The notes beneath the pieces are model-generated. The model saw nothing but the letters and a program-made list of their open reading frames with translations. It searched no databases and had not been told where the DNA came from. This document shows, piece by piece, positions 29,893 to 38,528 of a stretch of DNA of 64,000 bases. How positions within the stretch are numbered: position 1 is the stretch's first letter; each line of letters begins with the position of its first letter. Both the position numbers and the translations under genes were made by a program. Origin of the DNA: a virus; IMG/VR virus record IMGVR_UViG_3300006076_000002, positions 1 through 64,000 of that record. One strand, 5' to 3'.

Positions 29893-30224
29893 TGGCTAAT
29901 ATATTAGGACAAGACGAGATAGATGCATTGTTAGATGTATGCGATGAAACTACAGACTTAGAGAATTTACAATATCTAAGAGCCTTCTTTAGAGAAGCTC
30001 CTGTTGAAGGTACTGTTAATGACACCTATATACGAGTATCTAACAATTTAGCAAAAGATATCATAAAGCAACTTGGTAGTGCTATCATAACATTGGAACG
30101 TTTAACAGAAGATGGTAGTAAGGCTAAAAATAGTTATAAAGAATGCGGTACTTGTACAGTGTGCGGAACATACAACGACCCAGACAGGCAGGTATGTAAC
30201 TGCGCCAATAAGCAATTAATTTAG
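29892..30224 (+). CDS. protein with FliM N-terminal CheY-binding-like peptide and C-terminal Cys cluster
   Basis: MANILGQDEIDALLDVCDE matches the FliM ILSQxEIDALL motif; CxxCxxC...CxC tail. Confidence 0.7.
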   Translation: MANILGQDEIDALLDVCDETTDLENLQYLRAFFREAPVEGTVNDTYIRVSNNLAKDIIKQLGSAIITLERLTEDGSKAKNSYKECGTCTVCGTYNDPDRQVCNCANKQLI

Positions 30225-30245
30225 ATATATTGATAAGGGCATATA

Positions 30246-30470
30246 ATGAAAGATATACTAAATGAAAAAGAAGTAAATGAGATACTAAATATTTTAAGTA
30301 GCTATAGCGAGTTAGAGAACTTACAGCACATAAAAAGCTATTTAAAAGAAGTACCTATATCTGGTACAGTATTTAATTCTTATGTAGAAATACCTAGTAA
30401 TACTGTAATAGATATTATTAAACAACTAGACAGAGTTATTACTATTTTAAAACAAACAGAAAATAACTAA
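30246..30470 (+). CDS. tandem paralog of 29892..30224 with degenerate FliM-like peptide
   Basis: MKDILNEKEVNEIL...LENLQ...E.P..GTV...DIIKQL. Confidence 0.7.
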   Translation: MKDILNEKEVNEILNILSSYSELENLQHIKSYLKEVPISGTVFNSYVEIPSNTVIDIIKQLDRVITILKQTENN

Positions 30471-30661
30471 TGTTTATATTAGAAGCAACAGTAAGTTATA
30501 ACACGTGTAGTACGTTATACTATAGTTATTTTGGAGAATATACAGAAATAACATTAGATAAAAAAGAGGCTTTAAAAATGGATAACATATTTGATGTTAA
30601 ACAACTAATAAATAAACACAATCTTAAAAACTATAAAATAGTTGAAATAAAGAATAGCTGA
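30470..30661 (+). CDS. small NIFEAK-family protein
   Basis: DNIFDVKQLI...YKIVEIK. Confidence 0.65.
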   Translation: MFILEATVSYNTCSTLYYSYFGEYTEITLDKKEALKMDNIFDVKQLINKHNLKNYKIVEIKNS

Positions 30662-31029
30662 TGATTGGTAAAGAATTGTTAAGTGAAATACTGGGCTATA
30701 CTCCTAAAACAATTAAATTTGATAAAAATAGGAATGAAGTTATATGGTTAAAAGAAATCACTTATAAAAGCTACGGTATTGAACAATCAGGTAATATTAA
30801 AATGTATATAAATATCTATGAGTTAGCACATAAGTGTAAAAAGTGGCTAATTAATAGTGATTATTTTATTACTATAAAATATGATCCTCGTATAGGGAGA
30901 ACTAAAATTGAATTAATTGTATCTAAAGATAGTACTACTATATCCAGTGAAGAACACTTTTATACAAACACAGAACAAGATGCTATATTTCAAGCATGTG
31001 AATGGATACTTAAACAAAAGGATAACTAA
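30661..31029 (+). CDS. phage hypothetical protein
   Basis: KELLSEIL, INIYELAHKCK.W, AIFQACEWIL. Confidence 0.65.
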   Translation: MIGKELLSEILGYTPKTIKFDKNRNEVIWLKEITYKSYGIEQSGNIKMYINIYELAHKCKKWLINSDYFITIKYDPRIGRTKIELIVSKDSTTISSEEHFYTNTEQDAIFQACEWILKQKDN

Positions 31030-31214
31030 TGAAGTATAGACTAAGAATTAGTTATAACCATAAATCTACTGCTATAGGCCCTGGTATCCCTCCAAACACT
31101 GAAGTACTGCCAAAAGTATACGATAACATATTTGAAGCTAAGAGAGCTAAAGAACTTTTTATAAAACATAATGATGGGTGTAGTTTTACCATAATTGAAA
31201 TAAAGAGTAGATAA
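31029..31214 (+). CDS. small NIFEAK-family protein
   Basis: DNIFEAKRA...IIEIK. Confidence 0.65.
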   Translation: MKYRLRISYNHKSTAIGPGIPPNTEVLPKVYDNIFEAKRAKELFIKHNDGCSFTIIEIKSR

Positions 31215-31420
31215 TGTCTCAGTTGTATATACTACATACTAATTACCATACAGGTATAGATTTTCAAGTATATTACTATGCATACAGTAAAGATACAGCA
31301 AGTTATGGTGTGTGGGCTACTGATATGGAGTATGCAACTAAACTAAATATATTTGAAGCTAAACAGGTAGTACATGAGTATAAACTTAAAGACTACAATC
31401 TAATTGAAATAAAGGAGTAA
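31214..31420 (+). CDS. small NIFEAK-family protein
   Basis: LNIFEAKQVV...YNLIEIK. Confidence 0.65.
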   Translation: MSQLYILHTNYHTGIDFQVYYYAYSKDTASYGVWATDMEYATKLNIFEAKQVVHEYKLKDYNLIEIKE

Positions 31421-31422
31421 CT

Positions 31423-31935
31423 ATGAGTATTTTACTAAAAGAAAAAATAGCAAAACATAGAAATGGTAGGTATATAGGACTATATAAATGTGATTGTGGT
31501 AACGAATATACAGCAGTACAGACAAAATTCAATTCAGGGCATAATAAAGACTGTGGGTGTAGAATTAATGCAAAAAATAAAAAAGCCTCCCCTGAAGTAT
31601 TAAGGTTAAAACAAATACGCAAAGGTATGCTGCAGAGATGTTACAATGAAAAAGCTGAACACTACGACTGTTATGGTGGACGTGGAATAACTGTATGTAA
31701 AGAATGGGTAAACGATAAGGATACTTTTATAAAATGGGCGCTATCTAATGGGTATAAAATAGACTTAAATGAAAAAGGTATCAATAAACTATCAATAGAC
31801 CGTATAGACAATAATAAAGGATATTACTCTAGTAACTGTAGATGGGTAGATAAAAGTACCCAAATGAAGAACAGAAGACCATATAGAGTAGGTAAACCTA
31901 AATTAACTATAGAATCATTTGACTGGGTAATATAA
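31423..31935 (+). CDS. free-standing HNH homing endonuclease
   Basis: CDCG...CGC, YGGRGITVCKEW, SIDRIDNNKGY...NCRW. Confidence 0.88.
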   Translation: MSILLKEKIAKHRNGRYIGLYKCDCGNEYTAVQTKFNSGHNKDCGCRINAKNKKASPEVLRLKQIRKGMLQRCYNEKAEHYDCYGGRGITVCKEWVNDKDTFIKWALSNGYKIDLNEKGINKLSIDRIDNNKGYYSSNCRWVDKSTQMKNRRPYRVGKPKLTIESFDWVI

Positions 31936-31947
31936 AGGAAATGTGAT

Positions 31948-34422
31948 ATGTCAATAATAAAAGTTAGCTACGAAATAGCTTCTACTAGTTATACTATAGG
32001 TAAGATACTACGTAAGCTAGAATCTGTACCATTATTAGCAGTGGATACTGAAGTAAGAAGTATCTACAGCAATAAAGAAATTAAAGAAGCCAAAGAATTA
32101 CTTAAAGATACTACTAATATGTCTGTAGAAATAGTTAATGAACTAAAACTTATAGCAGGGAGTAGTGGACTTAGTTATCCTAAAATCACTAAAGTAACTC
32201 ACTTTATTTTATCTTACGATAAAGAACATAGTTATATCCTATTACCTAGTACTCCCCAAGAAGAACTACGTATATGGAATTGGTTAGCTAAGTTTCAAGG
32301 TAAGGTATTAGTATGGAATAGTTTATTTGATATGAAAATCATGTATGAACGTATACAACAATTACCTATAGATTTAGAAGACCCTATGCTTATGCTTAGA
32401 ACCTTAATTAATGATGTAGATAGTTGGAAGTGTAGAACAGGTTTAAAAGAGTTTGTAGGCTCTTATTATGACCCTAAATGGGGTATGATGGAAGACTACA
32501 CTAATGAAAACTATAAAGATGTTAGTTTCTTACAGTATTGTGCTAATGATACTAGTGCATTATTATTGGCCTATGAATTAATCTGTGAAGAATCAAACTA
32601 TGATGGTACTAAATCTGATAAACGTCCTTGGGAGATATTAGGTACTCTGCCTGAGCCTAAAGATTTTGACCCTTCAGAAGAAGAACCCTTATATTTTTAT
32701 AAGCATTTTATACGACCTCTTATACCTGATATGATAAAACTAATGTGTAATGGTTTAACTATGAATCAAGAAGCTATACAAGACTTAGATAAAGTAATAG
32801 TTAACGTACTAGACTCAGTAAAAACTACCTTAGCTAATAACACTGTTATACAAGAATTTCAAAAACTCCAGTATAAGAAAAACTATAAAGCACTTGAAGC
32901 AGAACAACGTTCTAAGTTTCGTACACTTGACTACTATCTTAAACCTTATAAGCAAGGTGATATGACTCATCGTACCTACTTAGTTAATTACTTACTTGAC
33001 CAAGCTAGTCTATCTAAAGATAAACGCAGTAAATGGACTGTAAACGACTTAAAGAAGTACAACCAGATAAATCCATTACCTATGTTTAAAGACATCATAG
33101 AGAAGACCGTAGACCCTACCAACGAGGTAGTATTAGATGTTATGAAATGTTTAGCACAAGAAAAACTTGACATATATAACAAATCTAAGCTAATTAAACT
33201 AGAAACTATCACTAAAGAAGAACTAGTTCCTCCTTTTAATGCCGGTAGTTCTAAACAGAAGACAGAGTTATTTAATTGGCTAGGTATTAAACCTTTAAAA
33301 TTCAGTAAAGATACAGGTGAGCCAAGCTGGGGAAGAGAGCAGGTTGAGGAGCTATTAAAAACCGCTGAAGATGAAACACTAAGAGAAGTGTTACAAGCTT
33401 TTATAGATTATAGCTATAGCGCTATTATTAAAAACAACTTCTTAGAATCATTTTCACGTTATACTATTGACGGTACTCTTCACGGAGGGGTGCGTTTATT
33501 CGGAACTAAAACATTCCGTCCCACAGGACAAAACCCTAACTTCCTTCAACTCCCTAGTTCTGGTTCTATATATGCTAAACCTTTAAAGAAATGTATTGTA
33601 GCTAAACCTGGATATCTTGTATGGACTATAGACTATGATCAACTAGAGGATAGAGTATTAGCTAACTTAACAAAGGATGAAGGTAAATGTAATATATTTT
33701 TAAAAAACCTAGATAGCCATTGTTACAATGCCTTAGGTTATTTTCCTGATAAAATCGCAGAACATATGCCATTAACAGGAGATCTAATTGCAGATACTTT
33801 AGAATTTAAAAGTAGGATAGAAAATGGAAATAAAGCTTTAAAGGATATCAGACAGCAAGGTAAAAGAGTTACGTTTGGAATTTCTTATGGAGCATTTCCC
33901 CCTAAAATAGCAGATTCTATAAAATGTTCAATAGAAGAAGCTACAGAAATATTCAACAACTACCACGGTAAACTGTACCCAGGAATTACTAAACTACGTG
34001 AAGATATTATTATACCTCAAACAAGTAAGAATGGGTATGTACATATGGGATTAGGTGCTAGGTTATATACTAGTGATATCAATAAAGATACAAGAACTAT
34101 ATGGAATTCTGTATCTCAATTTTGGTCAATACTAACTCTTATAGCTATGAATGAATTTCATTATAGATTACAAGAAGTAAATCATGACATCACTATTAAT
34201 GCAACCGTATATGATGCCTTATACGGTCAAATTGAGAATACCCCAGAAGCTATTGAATGGTTAAATAATACTTTACCTGAAATAATGAGAAAAGATTTTT
34301 TATCCGATACCTTAGTACACAATAATGCAGCTGTAGAAATCGGCACTAGTTGGGCTAATTTACATGAATTACCTACCAACGCTTCTCTGGAGCAAATAGA
34401 ACAAACACTAAAGGATTTATAA
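31948..34422 (+). CDS. family A DNA polymerase
   Basis: Exo DTE / N.LFD / Y..ND; DYDQLEDR (A), RQQGKRVTFGISYG (B), VYDA (C). Confidence 0.93.
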   Translation: MSIIKVSYEIASTSYTIGKILRKLESVPLLAVDTEVRSIYSNKEIKEAKELLKDTTNMSVEIVNELKLIAGSSGLSYPKITKVTHFILSYDKEHSYILLPSTPQEELRIWNWLAKFQGKVLVWNSLFDMKIMYERIQQLPIDLEDPMLMLRTLINDVDSWKCRTGLKEFVGSYYDPKWGMMEDYTNENYKDVSFLQYCANDTSALLLAYELICEESNYDGTKSDKRPWEILGTLPEPKDFDPSEEEPLYFYKHFIRPLIPDMIKLMCNGLTMNQEAIQDLDKVIVNVLDSVKTTLANNTVIQEFQKLQYKKNYKALEAEQRSKFRTLDYYLKPYKQGDMTHRTYLVNYLLDQASLSKDKRSKWTVNDLKKYNQINPLPMFKDIIEKTVDPTNEVVLDVMKCLAQEKLDIYNKSKLIKLETITKEELVPPFNAGSSKQKTELFNWLGIKPLKFSKDTGEPSWGREQVEELLKTAEDETLREVLQAFIDYSYSAIIKNNFLESFSRYTIDGTLHGGVRLFGTKTFRPTGQNPNFLQLPSSGSIYAKPLKKCIVAKPGYLVWTIDYDQLEDRVLANLTKDEGKCNIFLKNLDSHCYNALGYFPDKIAEHMPLTGDLIADTLEFKSRIENGNKALKDIRQQGKRVTFGISYGAFPPKIADSIKCSIEEATEIFNNYHGKLYPGITKLREDIIIPQTSKNGYVHMGLGARLYTSDINKDTRTIWNSVSQFWSILTLIAMNEFHYRLQEVNHDITINATVYDALYGQIENTPEAIEWLNNTLPEIMRKDFLSDTLVHNNAAVEIGTSWANLHELPTNASLEQIEQTLKDL

Positions 34423-34600
34423 TGAAGCTAGAAGATATGACAACTGAAGAAAGAGTATGTACTGTACTAAACAAACTAAATGAAATAGTGAATAAACCTG
34501 CAAGCACTGAAATTCCGCCATGGTTAGTAGAGTATAGAAAAGCAGAACATGCAGCAATAGAAAAATGGTGTAATTCAGTAATGGCTAAAAAGGATTTATA

Positions 34601-34810
34601 ATGAAAACTGACACTCCATTAACTGATACTTGGGATCACGTAAAAGATATATCTTCTATAGAAGCACAACTTAGTAGAACCTTAAACAATATGAAACAAT
34701 GCTATGTATGTGGAAAGAAAGCTACACATAGTGTATATCACAAAGAACCTAACCAATTTATGGGAAGTTTTATAGGTCTATGTAACAACCATACTAAAAA
34801 GGATTTATAA
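34601..34810 (+). CDS. small zinc-finger-like protein
   Basis: CYVC...LC..H. Confidence 0.55.
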   Translation: MKTDTPLTDTWDHVKDISSIEAQLSRTLNNMKQCYVCGKKATHSVYHKEPNQFMGSFIGLCNNHTKKDL

Positions 34811-35103
34811 TGAGTTTAAAACAAGAACTAGTAGGTTGGGTATTCTTTGATTCAGAAGAGCTAGAAGATAGAACAAACTTAATTAAAACAATAAGTATAC
34901 ATCTTGCAGGATTTAAACGAGACATAGCTAGTTATTCTGATGAATGCAGTGTAATCAAAGGGAAGTTAATTGTACCTGAACACGTAGTAGAGGATTTAAA
35001 ATATATGTTAGATGCTTATGTATATAATTTATTAATGATATTCAAAGAAGTGGATAAAGGTATGTATGATAAACTCATAGAACAAACACTAAAAGAAAAG
35101 TAA
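34810..35103 (+). CDS. hypothetical protein
   Basis: Coupled ORF. Confidence 0.6.
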   Translation: MSLKQELVGWVFFDSEELEDRTNLIKTISIHLAGFKRDIASYSDECSVIKGKLIVPEHVVEDLKYMLDAYVYNLLMIFKEVDKGMYDKLIEQTLKEK

Positions 35104-35113
35104 AGGATTTATC

Positions 35114-35446
35114 ATCGGATTCAGATCAGACGTATACATAAAATGTAAAAAAGAAAAAGTATTTGAATTTAAACATTTCCTACAAACATATAGAGAAAAG
35201 TTTAATGAAGATTTACAACAACAAGAAGAATTCTACACAGACGATGATTACTTATATTTAATTCTACGTGACTGGAAATTTTATTCTAGTTATCCAGAAG
35301 TAGATTTTATTACAGACTTTGTAGAACTAGAAGACTTAGACGAGTATATCGGTATGATAGCTATTAATGAAGATTCTACTAAAGATGAATGGGGAAGTCC
35401 TTGGGATGTAGATTTAAATACCTATATGGAAATAGAAGGAATGTAA
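35114..35446 (+). CDS. phage protein of MG[YF]RSDV type, with ATC at the start position
   Basis: Not in ORF track. 110-codon frame (M)GFRSDVYI...DWKFYSSYPEV...; AAAGGA RBS just upstream; stop abuts the next ATG. Confidence 0.65.
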   Translation: MGFRSDVYIKCKKEKVFEFKHFLQTYREKFNEDLQQQEEFYTDDDYLYLILRDWKFYSSYPEVDFITDFVELEDLDEYIGMIAINEDSTKDEWGSPWDVDLNTYMEIEGM

Positions 35447-35665
35447 ATGGAAACTTTTAATGATTCAAATGAAGAAAAACGAGCACAAGAATGTGTAAAC
35501 AGAGGTAACTTTTGGGTATGTAAGGAATGTGCAGACAAATATAGTAAAAACCTATCTTATGAAGGCATATTAACTATGCATAACGATGAGTGTTATATCT
35601 GTCAACAGCATAGAATGGTAGCTCCTAGCTATAAGCTATTTGGCTTTTATAAAGGAGTAATATAA
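35447..35665 (+). CDS. small zinc-finger protein
   Basis: CKEC...CYIC. Confidence 0.55.
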   Translation: METFNDSNEEKRAQECVNRGNFWVCKECADKYSKNLSYEGILTMHNDECYICQQHRMVAPSYKLFGFYKGVI

Positions 35666-35856
35666 TGACAATACAAATTAAGAACATACAGTATTTCGAA
35701 TGGAAAATACCAGATAACTTAGTTAAAGGCATAGCACCTGATGATTATGATAAATTACAGCAACTAATCGATGAATATTTCATTCCAGATGACTGTACAG
35801 AAGTAGAGCAAATCAGTGATGATTACTACGAACTCGAACAAGTAGAAGCACAATGA
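35665..35856 (+). CDS. hypothetical acidic protein
   Basis: AAGGAG RBS, coupling. Confidence 0.55.
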   Translation: MTIQIKNIQYFEWKIPDNLVKGIAPDDYDKLQQLIDEYFIPDDCTEVEQISDDYYELEQVEAQ

Positions 35857-36035
35857 CACAAGCACAGCTATATCAACTGTATTTAGATGCTACTGAACTA
35901 ATGGTACAAAATGACATGACAGAAGCTTATGATTTAATTGATTATTTAGCTCAAAAATACAATTTAATATTTGATGTATATTTAGCTAATAAATCATATC
36001 TAACAGAAGATAAATATTATCCACCAAAGGAATAA
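35853..36035 (+). CDS. hypothetical protein
   Basis: ATGA coupling. Confidence 0.5.
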   Translation: MTQAQLYQLYLDATELMVQNDMTEAYDLIDYLAQKYNLIFDVYLANKSYLTEDKYYPPKE

Positions 36036-36201
36036 CAATGATAATAGAAATAACAGTAAAACAGGGAAAAGATGTAGAAACTTATACACGTACAAATGTG
36101 AAGTTCTATAGTTTCGATAAACAATATCTAGCAATTACCTATAACGATAATTCTCATGGATACTATAGATTATCTACAGTACTAGTGATAGAGGAGGTAG
36201 C

Positions 36202-37119
36202 ATGAAAGTAGGAACCCCAACCTCTCTTGATTATTATAATGGGCAAAATGAAGTACCTGAAGGTGCATTCCGTATTGGAGCATCTTCATTTAGTACCTTT
36301 GTGTCACGACCATGGCAGTGGTTCAAGGAACAAGTACTAGGTATTGGAGGATTTGAAGGCTCCACGAGCAGTATCTTAGGTTCTGTGGTGCATTACGTCT
36401 GTGAACAAAAAGCACAAGGCAAAGAACCGGATATTAATGAAATCGATCAGTACATCCTCAATAATCGGGGTAACCCTGATGTTGATGCATACATAGTTGA
36501 AAAAGAATGGAAATCTATGGCTATATGTGTTGTCAATGAATTTGTATTACCTAACATTAAACGCTATAGTTCAGTAGAGGAGTTCGTAGTACACGACCTT
36601 GGAGATGGTATCTACATTGGTGGTTCGATAGATGCTGTACTAGATGAATACAAAACCTATAAAGTAAATGGTGCCTATATAAACGGCAAAAAAGAGTATG
36701 ATAAGCTATCTTTAGATAAACAAAACGATTGTACTATAACTTCTACCTCAGGCACAATAGTGGATTACAAAACAACGTCTGGACGTGTACCTACTAATAT
36801 CCCAGCTAACTACAAGCAACAATTACTAGTTTATGCCTGGGTACTTAAACAACTAGGCAGAACTATGGATCGTATACAACTGGTATACATCACCAGAGAG
36901 AAGGATACTCGTGCTATCAGTGAGAAAACTGGCAAATCTATAGGGCGTTTACAGCTACCAGAAACTACTGTGTTAACTGAGCAAATACAAGAATCAGATT
37001 TACAGTGGATAGAAGAGGAAATTATGTTATGTAAAGATAAACTATTACTTACAGAACAACAACCAGATATAGCTAATCTTATTTGGCACTACCCTGAATC
37101 TTATTTAACTAATAATTAA
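36202..37119 (+). CDS. PD-(D/E)XK (Cas4/RecB-like) exonuclease
   Basis: LGSVVH, GSID, IVDYKT, QLLVYA. Confidence 0.85.
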   Translation: MKVGTPTSLDYYNGQNEVPEGAFRIGASSFSTFVSRPWQWFKEQVLGIGGFEGSTSSILGSVVHYVCEQKAQGKEPDINEIDQYILNNRGNPDVDAYIVEKEWKSMAICVVNEFVLPNIKRYSSVEEFVVHDLGDGIYIGGSIDAVLDEYKTYKVNGAYINGKKEYDKLSLDKQNDCTITSTSGTIVDYKTTSGRVPTNIPANYKQQLLVYAWVLKQLGRTMDRIQLVYITREKDTRAISEKTGKSIGRLQLPETTVLTEQIQESDLQWIEEEIMLCKDKLLLTEQQPDIANLIWHYPESYLTNN

Positions 37120-37226
37120 GCTAACCTATTGTACAATTTTTCATAAGTCCTTTAAATAGGCAGTCTTATACGGATAACTATCTACGGTTATCTAAAGCCT
37201 TATTATTTACAATAAGGAATAATCAT

Positions 37227-37955
37227 ATGGAAAAGAAATATAATAGGTCTCATATAGGAGAAACTCACATAACTAAAAGTTCTTTAGGTGGTTACACACT
37301 AAAAGTTATAGATGCAAGTAGTAAACCTGGATACTGTAAAATACAGATAAAAAACTGGATAAAAGAAGTAGTGTATACTCATGTAAAAAATGGTGTAGTA
37401 AAATACCCGTACCACCCAACAGTTTTTAATATAGGCTATTTAGGAGAGGGTATTTACACAAAAACAGCTAAATGTTATAGAGTATGGCAGGGTATGCTAG
37501 AAAGGTGCTACAGTAATAGCTGTCAAGAAAATCATCCTAGTTATAAAGGGGTAACTGTATGCGAGAAGTGGTATAATTATCAAAACTTTGCTGAATGGTT
37601 CTATAAAAAATCAAATTACCAAGAAGGGTGGCATTTAGATAAAGATCTACTGTCAGGGGATAATAAACTGTATAGTCCAGAAACTTGCATCTTTATACCA
37701 CAAGCGTTAAATAGTTTTATGACTAACAAACAAGTTACAAATACAAGCGGATATACAGGTGTAAGTAAAATACGGAATTCTACAAAATTCAAAGCACAAA
37801 TAAAAAAGAATAACAAAGTCTATCATTTAGGAAATTTTACAAGTAAGATAATAGCACGTATAGTATATTTAAAAGCTAGAAGTGATTATGCTTTAGAGTG
37901 GCAACAAAATATGAAAAATAAGCTACCTTTAAAGGTGATACAAAATATAAAATAA
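37227..37955 (+). CDS. HNH homing endonuclease with C-terminal AP2 domain
   Basis: W.GMLERCY, WHLDKDLL...YSPETCIFIP..LN, TSGYTGV...FKAQI...HLGNF. Confidence 0.88.
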   Translation: MEKKYNRSHIGETHITKSSLGGYTLKVIDASSKPGYCKIQIKNWIKEVVYTHVKNGVVKYPYHPTVFNIGYLGEGIYTKTAKCYRVWQGMLERCYSNSCQENHPSYKGVTVCEKWYNYQNFAEWFYKKSNYQEGWHLDKDLLSGDNKLYSPETCIFIPQALNSFMTNKQVTNTSGYTGVSKIRNSTKFKAQIKKNNKVYHLGNFTSKIIARIVYLKARSDYALEWQQNMKNKLPLKVIQNIK

Positions 37956-38131
37956 TAGGCAAATTGGTGCCTCCTACTTGTACGGTTTTAGTTGAGCAAA
38001 TCACTTCAGATGACCTTAAGTGGATTGAAGATATGATTATGCTTGCAAAAGACAAGCTATTAGCTACTGAGCAGTATCCTGAACTACAATCTCTGATTTG
38101 ACATGCGCCTCAGAGCTACTTCGAAGAGTAA
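37955..38131 (+). pseudogene. orphaned second 3' end of the exonuclease gene
   Basis: IGKLVPPTCTVLVEQITSDDLKWIEDMIMLAKDKLLATEQYPELQSLI*HAPQSY aligns to the C-terminus of 36202..37119. Confidence 0.85.
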
Positions 38132-38208
38132 TTTTATTACCACGACTAGTCGATGCCCTAGTCTATATGAAGGTGGTGGTAACCACAAGTCCGAAGGCAT
38201 CACTATAT

Positions 38209-38282
38209 GTACCATTAAGCTCAAAGGTAGAGCTCATTTCCTTTTAAGATTTGGGTTACTGGTTCGACTCCAGTATGGTACT
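38209..38282 (+). tRNA. tRNA-Lys(UUU), weak anticodon stem, no encoded CCA
   Basis: GTACCAT/ATGGTAC acceptor, AGCT/AGCT D stem, CTTTTAA loop, ACTGG-TTCGACT-CCAGT T arm. Confidence 0.75.
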
Positions 38283-38528
38283 ACTGATTCTAAGTTGATT
38301 ACTTGGCACCTACTACGAGGTGAATTCGTAGAATCTCTGGTTAAGCTACCCATGACAAAAATGAAAAGGCTAGAGTAGACTAATCATCTACTCGTACACT
38401 TTATATGTGTAGGCAGCTAAGTTTTTACCTCCTACAATAAATTTTATTACTTGCGGATTTGAACCTCGTATATAACAAATCAATTAATAGATTTTTACTT
38501 AGCTGTCTACTAGTATAAAGTAAAGGCG

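Larger units (their letters stand above)
34410..35116 (+). repeat. repeated gene-junction cassette AAAGGATTTATAATG
   Basis: Exact at 34410, 34589, 34798; variant AAAGGATTTATCATC at 35102. Confidence 0.7.

Noticed and set aside
36202-37119. CRISPR-Cas system suggested by the Cas4-like nuclease
   Set aside because: No repeat-spacer array or other cas genes seen; this is the usual phage replication-module exonuclease.
38236-38252. Reading the tRNA as an ochre (UUA) suppressor
   Set aside because: Canonical arm spacing places the loop at CTTTTAA, giving anticodon TTT (Lys).
38103-38378. 91-aa ORF in the track
   Set aside because: Overlaps the tRNA and exonuclease relic, has no RBS, and does not look protein-like.
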